This document shows, in pieces, positions 28,312-37,877 of a stretch of 64,000 nucleotides of DNA. The DNA comes from Nannocystis sp. RBIL2 (GTDB lineage Bacteria; Myxococcota_A; Polyangia; Nannocystales; Nannocystaceae): assembly GCF_026626745.1 (NCBI RefSeq), contig NZ_JAPNJW010000002.1:1382151-1446150 (forward strand), given 5' to 3'. A program made the position numbers and the translations under genes. The notes under the pieces are model-generated. The model was not told where the DNA came from, searched no databases, and saw only the letters and a list, made by a program, of their open reading frames with translations. The stretch's first letter is position 1. Every line of letters begins with the position of its first letter.

Positions 28312-28600
28312 CCCCGCCCCATGTCCTGCGGCTCGGTGCATACGAAGATCCGCACCGACGCCGGGATCATCGTCGCCCCTTTAGCACGTCGAGCACGCGC
28401 CCGAGCACGTCGGCTTCGACATGGCCGCGGATCCGCAGCAACACGCGCCCCACCTCGATCTCGAGCACGCCGGCCTCGTTCGTCATCGAGGCGGCGACCT
28501 CCTGCGTCACCTCGACGAAGCCGGTGTCGCCCGAGCCCCGGCCGCGTGCATCGGTCTGTGCCGCGTGCAGAGACCATCGTCGCAGGGCACGAGGCACGGA
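28312..28600 (-). mobile_element. IS66-family fragment (3' part of tnpA/orf1 plus the first ~17 codons of tnpB/orf2)
   Basis: FVEVTQEVAASMTNEAGVLEIEVGRVLLRIRGHVEADVLGRVLDVLKGRR, followed by overlapping MIPASVRIFVCTEPQDMGRG. Near-identical to the IS66 copy at 51.1-51.5 kb. Homology stops abruptly next to the STAS gene stop. Confidence 0.75.
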
Positions 28601-28710
28601 CACCGGGAGCGATGACGGTGAGGGTGGCGAGACGGGCGGCGAGGTCGGTGAAGCTGTTGGAGCGGCTGAAGTCGCGGCCTCGGGTGGAGCTGCAGCGGAA
28701 AGCGGAGGGG

Positions 28711-28769
28711 ATGGACTACGTCTGCGGCTCGCATGCCGACACCGTGTTCCAAGTGCGACCGGACCCGCG
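28711..28769 (+). pseudogene. 59-bp fragment duplicated from the lipoprotein gene at 37256-37313
   Basis: ATGGACTACGTCTGCGGCTCGCA(T/C)GCCGACACCGTGTTC(C)AAGTGCGACCGGACCCGCG: one substitution and a 1-nt insertion relative to 37256-37313. Confidence 0.6.
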
Positions 28770-28841
28770 CGGTTTACGGCGCTGCGGTCGACCCTTGGTG
28801 ACTCGACGACGGGCTCAGGCGCCGACAAAAGCCCGGAGCGC

Positions 28842-29063
28842 CTACCTGGACGGCGTCGCCAGACCGCCGGCGAAGACGGCGGCGGCGAGGAAGAAGCACC
28901 CGAAGCTGGTCCACATCATGGGCTCGACGCGCAGGACGATTCCGCCGGCCATGGAGATCGGGCCACCTCCCACCAGGGCTACGAGGGTCCCGGACGCCCC
29001 GAGCAGCGCGCCGAGAACCACCAGGGCAATCCCGGCGAGGAAGTATGGTCTGGTGCGTTTCAT
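28842..29063 (-). CDS. Small membrane protein (73 aa)
   Basis: MKRTRPYFLAGIALVVLGALLGASG...FGCFFLAAAVFAGGL: two hydrophobic helices. No family recognised. Confidence 0.4.
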   Translation of the reverse strand: MKRTRPYFLAGIALVVLGALLGASGTLVALVGGGPISMAGGIVLRVEPMMWTSFGCFFLAAAVFAGGLATPSR

Positions 29064-29595
29064 GGCCGCCTCGTGGGGAGCAGGCGGAGACTACGCCTAC
29101 CTCGCCCGCACCGCCAGACGAGGCTCGCTGACGGAGCCCGCCACGCCCGCATAGCTCGCCAGGAGCGGGTCTCCCTCCGCCCGCCGCCGCATGCGCGCGC
29201 GAACGTGCGGCCGCCGGTGTTGCTCGGCGCGAATGATCGCCGACACCTGCGCGACCGCCCAGCCGGGCCCCGCGCTCGGCATGCCGGTCGGTCCGCTGAC
29301 GCTGTCCAGCCTCGCCGACGTCGACTGGTTCGTGCTCCCGGCCGACGCCAACGCCGTCGGCAAGTCCGTGCACGTGGTGACGGCTCCGGGCGACTCGGAC
29401 ACCGATACCCTGGTCGAGGTGTTCGGAGGCACCTCCCCAGGCGTCCGCACGGACGCCGGGTTCAAATCGCCCCTGGCCATTCGTCTTGGCCGGAGCCTCG
29501 GCGGCTCGGACCTCGCCGGCGGCGAATCGAAGGACTATGACCTTCGACGGGAGCCGGCATTCGACCCGGATGAGCCACCATTCACGAGGGTGGGA

Positions 29596-29886
29596 TCACT
29601 TCGTCTCGAGGTCCTGCGCGCCGTCGCCGGTCTCGACGACGTCGCACGGGCTCGGCTCCGCCGCGTCGCTCTCGTAGCAAAGGCCCAGGACCTCGTCGTA
29701 CACCATCTCGCTGACGGCGGTGGTCTCGTCGCCCGCGCAGGGGGTGCACCAGTTGCAGGCGTTGGGCGGCTCCTCCTGCAGGCAGATGGGGTCGCAGCAC
29801 CTGGGCGCGGCGGACGCCGTGCCGACCCCGATCGCACCGAAAGACAGGACGAATGCCATCACCGCGAAAACATGAGCAGAACGCAT
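29596..29886 (-). CDS. Small secreted cysteine-rich protein (96 aa)
   Basis: Part of ORF 29596..29934 from ATG 29886, with GGAGG 7 nt upstream. Signal peptide MRSAHVFAVMAFVLSFGAIGVGTASA. The mature part has 8 Cys (APRCCDPICLQEEPPNACNWCTPCAGDE...LCYE...PCD). Confidence 0.6.
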   Translation of the reverse strand: MRSAHVFAVMAFVLSFGAIGVGTASAAPRCCDPICLQEEPPNACNWCTPCAGDETTAVSEMVYDEVLGLCYESDAAEPSPCDVVETGDGAQDLETK

Positions 29887-30070
29887 GAGATACCTCCAGT
29901 GTTTGCGCCGAGTGCCCCGAACAATTCGAGGCATGCGACATGAATGACTTTCTCAGAACCCGAGCGAAAGTCAAGCTGCGATGAATCCCGTCGGCTGCAA
30001 ATTGGTCGTCGCGAATCAGCCGGGACCGACCGGGCGAAAGGACGTTGTGGGCTCGGGAAACGGCGAGAGT

Positions 30071-30209
30071 TCGACCGCTCGCTGCTTTCTCCGCTGGAAT
30101 CCACGGCCCGCGGAGAACATCCCGCCGTCGGCGTATTCGCCGAGACGATGGGCCTCGGCCGAATAGGCCGTCGGCCCGCTCGACCGCTCGCTGCTTTCTC
30201 CGCTGGAAT
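30071..30209. repeat. Two copies of a 30-nt direct repeat, 109 bp apart
   Basis: TCGACCGCTCGCTGCTTTCTCCGCTGGAAT at 30071-30100 and 30180-30209. Both are followed within 20 nt by GGAGAACA. Confidence 0.7.
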
Positions 30210-30497
30210 TGGTGACTCCTGGAGAACAGGCGGTCCGCCGCCCACACAGTCCGCGCGGCGCCGGTGGGTCGTGCCGCCCTCGGCATTCACGCTGGGGAGG
30301 TCGAGGCGGCCGCGACGCGCTTCCGCGAGCCCGATGCACGGGTCATGTTCGCCTTTGCGCCGCGACGCCGCCGAGGACGACACTGCCTTCATTCAGGAGC
30401 GGGGCGGGCCCCCCGGCGGGGCAGCGGTCCTCGTCGGTGAGCGGACCGCGTTCCTGGACGCATTCCGCGATGATCGCCCGCGCGGGCGCCGGCGCGC

Positions 30498-31052
30498 TCA
30501 CGGCCTGCGCAGCATCGCGATCGTCCAGCGGCCGGGGTACGCGTCGGCGCACAGATTCCCCTCGGTCGCGACCTCGATCGCCGTGGGCACCCACACTTGG
30601 TACTCGCCGACGTCGGCGTGCGAGCCGTCGTGCAGCACGACCGGCTCGCCGCCCGGAGTCGCGGCCGAGAACATGTAGCGCGCGAACTCGTACCCGCAGT
30701 CGTCGCTCTCGCTCGGGTCGCAGAACGCCTCGTCGCTGAATTGCAGCGGCGACCAGTCGTCCGCGTGCAGACTGCCATGACCTGTCCTGGCGAACAGGAG
30801 CACGCCGCCGTCGGCGCTGACGCGGATGCGATCGAGATCCGGCGGGCTCTGCTGATAGCTCTCGAGCATGACGACGAGCCCCGGGGTGAATGCGCCGAGG
30901 TCGGGCGCAGGGCCGGCGGACAGCGTGCCAGCCGTGGAAGCGGTGCCCGGGCTCTGGCCGACCGGATAATCCAACACGCAGGCCAGGAGGCAGCCGGCGG
31001 CGAGGAGAGCGGCGAGATTGATGGCAGGGCGGTTCTCCGCGGAGAGCGTCAC
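30498..31052 (-). CDS. Lipoprotein (ACVLDYPVG-lipobox family)
   Basis: ORF 30498..31127, start GTG 31052. LAALLAAGCLLACVLDYPVGQS shares the lipobox context with the genes at 33656 and 34577. Confidence 0.6.
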   Translation of the reverse strand: MTLSAENRPAINLAALLAAGCLLACVLDYPVGQSPGTASTAGTLSAGPAPDLGAFTPGLVVMLESYQQSPPDLDRIRVSADGGVLLFARTGHGSLHADDWSPLQFSDEAFCDPSESDDCGYEFARYMFSAATPGGEPVVLHDGSHADVGEYQVWVPTAIEVATEGNLCADAYPGRWTIAMLRRP

Positions 31053-31148
31053 GGGGTTACCCCTCTGTGGTATAGTTCTCCGAAGCTGCGCCCTTCCGTC
31101 ACGAGCCAGGATCGCGGGTCGGCCCAATCAGAGCGGTGGCGTCACGAG

Positions 31149-32309
31149 TTATCGCGCGCACACGTAGTGCTCGAACTGCTGTACCAGCGCCGAGGTCGGG
31201 AACTCCACGACCAGGCGCTGCGCGACGGCCTCGGCCTCGGCTGCGCGGTTCAGCTGGCACAGCGCATCGACCCGCGCCGCCTCACGGGCGTCGACCAGGG
31301 CGCCGCGCGGGAATTCGCGGGCATGCGCGACCAGCAAGGCCAGCGCGACCGCAGCCGCGCCTTCGTCCAGGCGCCCGCGAGCCTGGTCGAGCAGCGACAC
31401 CTCGGCGGACAGGCGATCGGGCTTCGCCGGCGGCGACGCTGCCGTCGCCCGCGGCACCGGCGGCGGTGGGTCTGCGCTCGGCTCGCTCCGGGCTGCGATT
31501 GCGCCTGTCTTCGGGGACAGGACCGTCTCGCCTCGCTCGGCCCCCCGCGCCGGTGGTGGAGGTCGTGGCCCGGCCCCGCGTTCGGTCGCGTGCATGGTCG
31601 CGCCCCCCGCGACGATCAGCGTCGCCGCCACCGCCGTCCGGGTCGTGGCCAGCGCTCCGAGGGTCCCCACCGCGCCGGTCTTGCCGAGCACCGGCCCCAG
31701 CAACACCCACGTGCGCTGCGCCCGTCCGGGCGGCGCAGCGTCCCGGCGGCGCATCTGTTCGGCCGACGCCGCCAGCTCCGCCTCACCCAGCCGCGCCTGC
31801 AGCTGCCCCCGCGCCAGCCGCAGCCGCGAGTAAACGGTGTTGACCGGCAACGCCAGCTCCGAGGCGACTTCCGGCCCGCTCATCCCCAGCAGCTCGGTCA
31901 TCTCCCACACCGCGCGGAGCTCTCCGGCGAGCTGAGCCAGCGACTGCTCGAGCTGTTGGGCCGTGTCGAGCCGCTGGTGCGGGGCGTCGTGTGCCGCCGG
32001 CAACACCTCGGCGAGCGCCGCGACCCGTCGAGCTTGCCGGGCCGCGCCCCGCCGGTAGCGCCAGGCGATCCGCCGCGTGACCGCGAACAGCCACGCCCGC
32101 GGCGAGACCTCGTACCGCAGCTCGTCGAGCCGGCGATACGCCGTGATGAACACCTCCTGCACCACGTCATCCAGGACCACCGGCGGCACCCCGAAGCGGC
32201 GCGCCGCCGCCCATACGAAGTCGAACTCGCGCCGATAGAGCGCGTAAAACCGCGCGCGGCGCGGGTCGTCGTCGCGCCCAGGTTCGTGGTCGGTCGCCGG
32301 GACGTGCAT
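31149..32309 (-). CDS. ECF-type sigma-70 factor with long C-terminal (anti-sigma-like, TM-containing) extension
   Basis: 386 aa; region 2 DVVQEVFITAYRRLDE; region 4 ELALPVNTVYSRLRLARGQL; then a hydrophobic segment and a helical tail. Confidence 0.85.
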   Translation of the reverse strand: MHVPATDHEPGRDDDPRRARFYALYRREFDFVWAAARRFGVPPVVLDDVVQEVFITAYRRLDELRYEVSPRAWLFAVTRRIAWRYRRGAARQARRVAALAEVLPAAHDAPHQRLDTAQQLEQSLAQLAGELRAVWEMTELLGMSGPEVASELALPVNTVYSRLRLARGQLQARLGEAELAASAEQMRRRDAAPPGRAQRTWVLLGPVLGKTGAVGTLGALATTRTAVAATLIVAGGATMHATERGAGPRPPPPARGAERGETVLSPKTGAIAARSEPSADPPPPVPRATAASPPAKPDRLSAEVSLLDQARGRLDEGAAAVALALLVAHAREFPRGALVDAREAARVDALCQLNRAAEAEAVAQRLVVEFPTSALVQQFEHYVCAR

Positions 32310-32346
32310 GGCCTATTGCTCGATTCTCCGGGTTTCTCGGGTTCCG

Positions 32347-33489
32347 TCACCGCGGATCGCGAAAGCGTAGCTCCACGCCGACGAGCAACCGGCCGGAGAT
32401 CAGGGACGAGTCGAACAGGGACACCCGCGATCCGGGGGCGACCACTACGAAGCCAGGCACGAAGATTCCAGCGACCCCCTCCAGCGCTACCCCGAGCCGA
32501 ACCCGCGGGTGCACCACCACCGCCACCCCGGCCGAGGCCACGACCGCCAGCCACAGCCCGGTCATCCCCCGGGCTCCCGCCACATCCTGCGCGACTCCGC
32601 GGACCCCTCCCAGCTCCAGGCCGCCGCACAGCGGGATCTCGACCCGCTTCGTGCCCGGGCGTCCGCACCCGAGCACCGCGCCCATGGCCCCGAACGCCCG
32701 CAACGAGCCCTCTGGGCGATCTGTCCTGCGCGGCGCGAGGAACATGCCCCGGAATTCCAGCCGCGCGCGTCGCCACAGCAGGCCACCGACCAGCGCGACC
32801 GCGGCGGTCACGCCCGGGACCGCCCCGAGTTCAGGCCCTCCCTGGATCCTCATCAGCCCGCCCGGGCGCCTCCGCATGCGGCCGCTCGTCGTCGCCGACT
32901 GCCCGGAATCGTCCGCGGGGGCAGGCCCGGGCACGCGCATCTCGACTTCACCGTCGAGCCCCGGCGTCGCGGCCGGCGGCGGATCCGGCGTCGGGGGCGT
33001 CTCGCGGCTCGATTGCACCGATTCGCGACGGAGCGGCTCCGCGGCGTCGACGGGAGACGCTTCCGTCGTCGGCTCCGCGGGCGACACCGCCGTCGTTTCC
33101 CCCATTTCCACCTCGCCCTCGTCGATTTGCGGATCTGCGGGCGGCGCCGCGCCGCTCCCCTTCGCCTCGCGACGGGTGGCGGCCGTCGCCACCAGCAGCG
33201 CCGTCGCGTCGACGAGCGCCGCGCAGCGCTGAGACGTCAGCGTCCGCACCTGGCCGCGGCCCTGCGCCGAGATCTGGAGCGCGAGGCGAAAGCGCGGGGC
33301 TTCGGCGTGCGCCGTGACGCGGGCGTCGACCCGAACCTCGTCGACGAACCTCCGCCCGAGCCGGCGATCGATCGCCGCCAGCAACGCCTCGCGTCCCGGG
33401 CAGTCCCTCGGAGCTTCCCACACCAGCCGGCTCGGTGGCTCGGGGACCTGCGCGGCGAGAAACCCGGCAAGAACGAAGGAAACTGGCAT
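32347..33489 (-). CDS. Hypothetical protein (Gly/Val-rich, beta-barrel-like C-terminus)
   Basis: 380-aa ORF directly upstream of the ECF sigma gene on the same strand. It has good codon bias, but no family was recognised. Confidence 0.6.
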   Translation of the reverse strand: MPVSFVLAGFLAAQVPEPPSRLVWEAPRDCPGREALLAAIDRRLGRRFVDEVRVDARVTAHAEAPRFRLALQISAQGRGQVRTLTSQRCAALVDATALLVATAATRREAKGSGAAPPADPQIDEGEVEMGETTAVSPAEPTTEASPVDAAEPLRRESVQSSRETPPTPDPPPAATPGLDGEVEMRVPGPAPADDSGQSATTSGRMRRRPGGLMRIQGGPELGAVPGVTAAVALVGGLLWRRARLEFRGMFLAPRRTDRPEGSLRAFGAMGAVLGCGRPGTKRVEIPLCGGLELGGVRGVAQDVAGARGMTGLWLAVVASAGVAVVVHPRVRLGVALEGVAGIFVPGFVVVAPGSRVSLFDSSLISGRLLVGVELRFRDPR

Positions 33490-33655
33490 CGTCGAGGAAC
33501 GGAGAGCCTAACACTACCGGCACCCGCCGTCGGATGAGCGGCCCGCCCCGCGCAGCCGAGCCGACGCGCGCGCGAAGTTCCTGTCTTTTCTTTCACGCTC
33601 GCGCCGTGACGGACGAGCCTCGACGTGGAGAACAGGACAGGTGAAGGAGTGACCG

Positions 33656-34423
33656 GTGAGCCACCTCCGATCACACAGCCCGCCCCTCTGTCTGCTCGTC
33701 CTCGCCGCGGCCCTGCCGTCCGCGTGCGTCCTCGACTACCCGGTCGGAAACACCCCCCAATCCACGGCGACCGGCGAGACGGAGCCGACGAGCACGCCGA
33801 CGACGGGCGGCACCGACACGGCCACGAATCCGACCCAGATGCCGACCGGCGGGCCGCTGATGTGCGCCGATTTCCTGTCCGACCAGGACTTCAACGAGAT
33901 GGTGTCGATCACGATCACCAACGCCGGCGACACGCCGGTCTGGCTCGAGTCGGTCGGGTGCGCCAAGCTGCCGGCGCTGCAGATCACCGACGCGAAGGGG
34001 CTTGACCACTATTTCGTCGAGGGCGACTGCGCCGCGCCACTATGCGATGAGCTGCTGCAGGGTGTGTGCGAGCGCGGGTGCGAGGACTGCGGAGGGCTAC
34101 CGAAACTGCGGCTCGATCCCGGCGCCCGCTTCGCGCTGAACTGGGCAGGGGCCGACGCGGAGGTCATGCAAATGCCCGCCGAATGCGCGCCGGGAGAGGG
34201 ATGCGCGGGAGAGTGCGTGGCGGCGCGGACGCGGCCGGCGGGCGTCTACGACATCACCGTGACGGCGTTCCATGGCTGTCTCGGCGCCTGCGAGTGCGAG
34301 CCGCCGAGTCCCGGGAGCCACTGCAAGCTGACGGACGCGGTCGTGCTGAGCGAGCCGCAGACGCGGAGCGAGCCGCTGTCGTTCCCGGATACCGTGGACA
34401 TCGAGATCTTGATCGGCGGTTGA
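33656..34423 (+). CDS. Cys-rich lipoprotein (ACVLDYPVG family)
   Basis: 255 aa; GTG start with AGGAG upstream; MSHLRSHSPPLCLLVLAAALPSACVLDYPVGNTPQ. The mature part contains many Cys. Confidence 0.75.
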   Translation: MSHLRSHSPPLCLLVLAAALPSACVLDYPVGNTPQSTATGETEPTSTPTTGGTDTATNPTQMPTGGPLMCADFLSDQDFNEMVSITITNAGDTPVWLESVGCAKLPALQITDAKGLDHYFVEGDCAAPLCDELLQGVCERGCEDCGGLPKLRLDPGARFALNWAGADAEVMQMPAECAPGEGCAGECVAARTRPAGVYDITVTAFHGCLGACECEPPSPGSHCKLTDAVVLSEPQTRSEPLSFPDTVDIEILIGG

Positions 34424-34576
34424 AGGGGCGGGTTTGGAGAGGATGTCCAAATGGACAGGTCCGTATCCGGTCGCGCCGGGCCGCAGGAGCCGCGGCGCGA
34501 TGTCTTGTCACTTCGCGGCTCGCCGCCGTGACGAACGAGCCTCCGGGTGGAGAAGAATCCAGTGAAGGAGCAACCC

Positions 34577-35911
34577 ATGAGCCAAATTCGATCGCACAGC
34601 CCGCCCGCCCGTCTGCTCGTCCTCGCTGCGGCCTTGTCGTCCGCGTGCGTCCTTGACTACACGGTCGGAAACACCCCGCAATTGACGGCGACCGACGGCG
34701 CCGACGACGAGTCCAGCACCGCCGCGCCGGAGCCGGCGGTCTGCGGCGACGGCGTGGTCGGCGGCGACGAGGCATGCGACGACGCCAACGACGTCTCCGA
34801 CGACGGCTGCGACCGCGATTGTCGGCAGACCGCGCTCGTCGAGTGGACGCGCAAGGATCATGGCGTCTTGTGGGGAATCATCGGCCTGGACGTCGCCGTC
34901 GATCCAGCGGGCCGCATCGTCGTCGTCGGAGAGGATAACAACATGGCGTTCGTCATGGTCCTCGATCCCTCGGGATCCCTCGTCTGGCGACGCGACGTAC
35001 CGAACGGCGCGCGGCAGTTCACGACTTTCACGGGCGTGACCGTGGACGAGGAGGGGCGCATCTTCGCGGCCGGCGACGGGGGCGTCGCGGGCGCCGGTGC
35101 GCCGATCCTCCACGCATTCGGGCCCGAAGGCGCGACGCTGTGGACGTTCGAGGAGCCTCTGGCCGGCGTCGGCGACGGTATCCGGGCGCTCGCGCTCGGC
35201 GACGGCGGCCTGTATTCGGTCGGCAGCGAGCTGCAGGGCGACGACAGCCAGGACCTCGTCGTCCGTCGTCACGATCCCGCCACGGGCGCCGTCGCGTGGA
35301 AAGTCAACCACGGAGACGATGGGCGCATCGATGCCACCGGCGTCGCGGTCTCCGGGTCCGCGGTCGCTGCAGTGGGCTTCGTCGGTCGAGACGAAGACCT
35401 GTTCTGGCACTCTCTCGTGGTGGTCCTCGACCAGGACGGGGCCCCGCTGTGGAGCCAGGAGGAGGATGCTGGGGTGTGGTCCGGTGTCGCCGCGATCGGC
35501 GACGGAGACCTGTTGCTCGCGGGTCACGGCGACCACGACGATGACGGGCGCTACAGGGCCGCGCTGCGCCGCGTCGGTCCCGACGGCGCGGAGGTGTGGC
35601 GTTTCACCGGCGACGCGCCCGAAGAGGGGTTTGACGATGTCGTCGTCGGCGCCGACGAGACGATCGTCGCCGTCGGCACCAGCCGGATCGCCGACACCCA
35701 AGGCACGTACAGCTTCGCGCGTCACCTGACCGGAGACGGCATGCCGACGTGGATCTCTTACTTCTCCAAGAGCGACGCCCTCAGGGAGACAGCCAAGGGC
35801 GTCGATTTCGGGCCCGGCTTCGCCGTCGCCGCCGGTTACTGGGATGCGCCGGCAGACCCGGTGGAAGGCTCGCCGAGTCACATGTGGGTCCGTCGGTTCG
35901 CGGTCCATTGA
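34577..35911 (+). CDS. Lipoprotein with Myxococcus cysteine-rich repeat and beta-propeller-like repeats
   Basis: ORF 34547..35911, ATG 34577 with AGGAG upstream. MSQIRSHSPPARLLVLAAALSSACVLDYTVGNTPQ; CGDGVVGGDEACDDANDVSDDGCDRDC; repeated D/G/V-rich strands. Confidence 0.8.
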   Translation: MSQIRSHSPPARLLVLAAALSSACVLDYTVGNTPQLTATDGADDESSTAAPEPAVCGDGVVGGDEACDDANDVSDDGCDRDCRQTALVEWTRKDHGVLWGIIGLDVAVDPAGRIVVVGEDNNMAFVMVLDPSGSLVWRRDVPNGARQFTTFTGVTVDEEGRIFAAGDGGVAGAGAPILHAFGPEGATLWTFEEPLAGVGDGIRALALGDGGLYSVGSELQGDDSQDLVVRRHDPATGAVAWKVNHGDDGRIDATGVAVSGSAVAAVGFVGRDEDLFWHSLVVVLDQDGAPLWSQEEDAGVWSGVAAIGDGDLLLAGHGDHDDDGRYRAALRRVGPDGAEVWRFTGDAPEEGFDDVVVGADETIVAVGTSRIADTQGTYSFARHLTGDGMPTWISYFSKSDALRETAKGVDFGPGFAVAAGYWDAPADPVEGSPSHMWVRRFAVH

Positions 35912-36121
35912 TAGGAGCGCCGTGCGGGTCGCCAGCGCGCCTGGCCGCCCGCGCGGGAGGCGAGCCCGACCTGGCGGCCCCCTCGCGGCGTCGCAGCCGA
36001 CGAACGTCGTCTCGAGGCGTTCGCGAACCTCCGGCGTCATGTCGATGTCACTGTCCGTCTCAGTGTTCGCGTTCGTTGCTCTTCTCCCCAACCCGCCTGC
36101 CGTGCTGACGGCGCCGGCGGG

Positions 36122-36676
36122 TCACGCGGATTGCGAGCGCAGCCACTCCAGCCTGAGCTTGATGATTCGGCGCCGGAGCCCGTGACGAGTAATGCCCAGC
36201 AACTGGGCAGCGCCGATGATGGAGCCGCCGCGCTCGAGGGCCAGTTCGCAAAGCCGGCGCTTGGCGGCGAGGAGGTTGAGGCTGTCCAGGGGGATGCCGG
36301 GCGGCTCGGGGGGCGGCGTCTCGTCCATGCTCGTCGGACTCGCCTCACCGGCCTCCGATTCCCCTGACTTCTCGTGCGCGAACTCGCACTCGGCGTCAGC
36401 TTCGAGGATCGGCGCAGAGGGCAGGCCGAGACCGTGCCGCACCAGCTGGGCGAGCTGGTCCAGCGAGGCTCCCCGGTCGAGTTGCTCGCGGATCCAGCGG
36501 GCTCGCTCGATGGCCCATGGCGGCCACAGGTTCCTGCTGCCCTGGGCATGGCCGCCGCCGACGCGGCGCGGCTCGGGCATCAGTTCGCCGAGCACCCACT
36601 TGCGGACGACGGGGGAAGGCGCGCCTGCGGCCTCGACAATCTGCTCTTGGCTGGCGAATCTTCGGGGACCCTGCAC
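36122..36676 (-). CDS. DNA-binding protein with C-terminal Fis-type HTH
   Basis: Tail of ORF 36122..37357. LAAKRRLCELALERGGSIIGAAQLLGITRHGLRRRIIKL. Start guessed at GTG 36676. Confidence 0.55.
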   Translation of the reverse strand: MQGPRRFASQEQIVEAAGAPSPVVRKWVLGELMPEPRRVGGGHAQGSRNLWPPWAIERARWIREQLDRGASLDQLAQLVRHGLGLPSAPILEADAECEFAHEKSGESEAGEASPTSMDETPPPEPPGIPLDSLNLLAAKRRLCELALERGGSIIGAAQLLGITRHGLRRRIIKLRLEWLRSQSA

Positions 36677-36721
36677 GCATGAGCAGTGGTACGGGGGCGA
36701 GATTGCCCGCCAGATGCGCCG

Positions 36722-37870
36722 ATGGCGCTGGGATGCGTGACATCGCGCGCCGTGCCGCGCTACCCTTCGAGGGTGCCGCGTCGTCTCGCCCTCGCCGCTG
36801 CAGTCGCCCTTGGCTGTGGGACCGACAACTCGCCGGCGTTCACGACGACGACGACGGGCGTCACGTCGGTCGCGCACACGTCGAGCAGCTCGGGCAGCAC
36901 GACGACGTCGACCTCGACGACGAGCTCGACCGGCGGGACCGCCGAGGACAGCGCCGCGGCGAGCAACTCGGCGTCGACGTTCGACATGGCCCCGCCGCCG
37001 GACCTCGACGACCCGACGCCTGCGGGCTGCAAGGGCAAGATCGACTTCGTGTTCGTGATCTCGGCGCTCTTCACGATGGCCGGGGAGCAAGATCAACTCG
37101 TAGCGAGCTTCCCCGGCTTCCTTGATGTGTTGGAGACGAAGTTCGCCGGCTTCGACCGGCACATCATCAGCGTGAACACGGACGAGAAATGGCGGGGCCT
37201 CGGCTGCGAAGCAGCCGAGAACTGCGGGAACAAGGGCAACTGCGGCCCGAACGCCATGGACTACGTCTGCGGCTCGCACGCCGACACCGTGTTCAAGTGC
37301 GACCGGACCCGCGGCGCGGGTCTGCTCTACAACGCCGGCCCCTACGCCACCAACCACCCGTGCGAGCTCTACGGGGGGAACCGCTACATCATCGAGGGCG
37401 AGACCGATCCGGACGCGTTCGCTTGCATCGCACAGGTGGGCACCTTCGGCGACGATCCGCCGCTCGCCGACACCCTCGTCGCCGCGGTGTCCGACGAGCT
37501 CAACGGCCCGGGCGGTTGCAACGAGGGTTTTTTACGCGACGACGCCCTGCTCGTATTCGTCTTCATCATGGACAACGAGGACGACGAGTCGGTCCTGAGC
37601 GCGAAGAAGGTTCACGACGCGGTGGTGGCCGCCAAGGGTGGCGACGAGCACGCGGTCGTCGGACTCGCCATCATCGCGCAACCGCTGGAGGGCGAGCCCG
37701 TGCCCGGCTGCGTCTACGATGACGGCCTCTGGCCGATCCACCTGCGCGAAGTGATCAAGACCTTCGACTATCACCACGAAGGCAACATCTGCGCCGACAG
37801 CTACGACGGGTTCTTCAGCGAGGCGGCCGATCTCGTTCACGAGGCGTGCAACGCCTTCATCCCACAGTGA
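36722..37870 (+). CDS. Lipoprotein, Cys-rich, vWA-like core
   Basis: ORF 36686..37870; lipobox AAAVALGCG; Ser/Thr-rich linker; KIDFVFVISALFTMAG... Start ATG 36722 or GTG 36773. Confidence 0.75.
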   Translation: MALGCVTSRAVPRYPSRVPRRLALAAAVALGCGTDNSPAFTTTTTGVTSVAHTSSSSGSTTTSTSTTSSTGGTAEDSAAASNSASTFDMAPPPDLDDPTPAGCKGKIDFVFVISALFTMAGEQDQLVASFPGFLDVLETKFAGFDRHIISVNTDEKWRGLGCEAAENCGNKGNCGPNAMDYVCGSHADTVFKCDRTRGAGLLYNAGPYATNHPCELYGGNRYIIEGETDPDAFACIAQVGTFGDDPPLADTLVAAVSDELNGPGGCNEGFLRDDALLVFVFIMDNEDDESVLSAKKVHDAVVAAKGGDEHAVVGLAIIAQPLEGEPVPGCVYDDGLWPIHLREVIKTFDYHHEGNICADSYDGFFSEAADLVHEACNAFIPQ

Positions 37871-37877
37871 GCCACGC

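Noticed and set aside
29191-29943. A 250-aa plus-strand ORF with a pre-peptidase C-terminal-like stretch (LADVDWFVLPADANAVGKSVHVVTAPGDSDTDTLVEVFGG).
   Set aside because: Only about 70 residues look domain-like. The rest is antisense to the better-supported secreted Cys-rich gene (RBS plus signal peptide). It is probably a decayed remnant.
30071-30209. Possible CRISPR repeat pair.
   Set aside because: There are only two copies. The spacing is 109 bp, far longer than repeat plus spacer units. The sequences after the repeats are partly homologous, which indicates tandem duplication. No cas genes are present.
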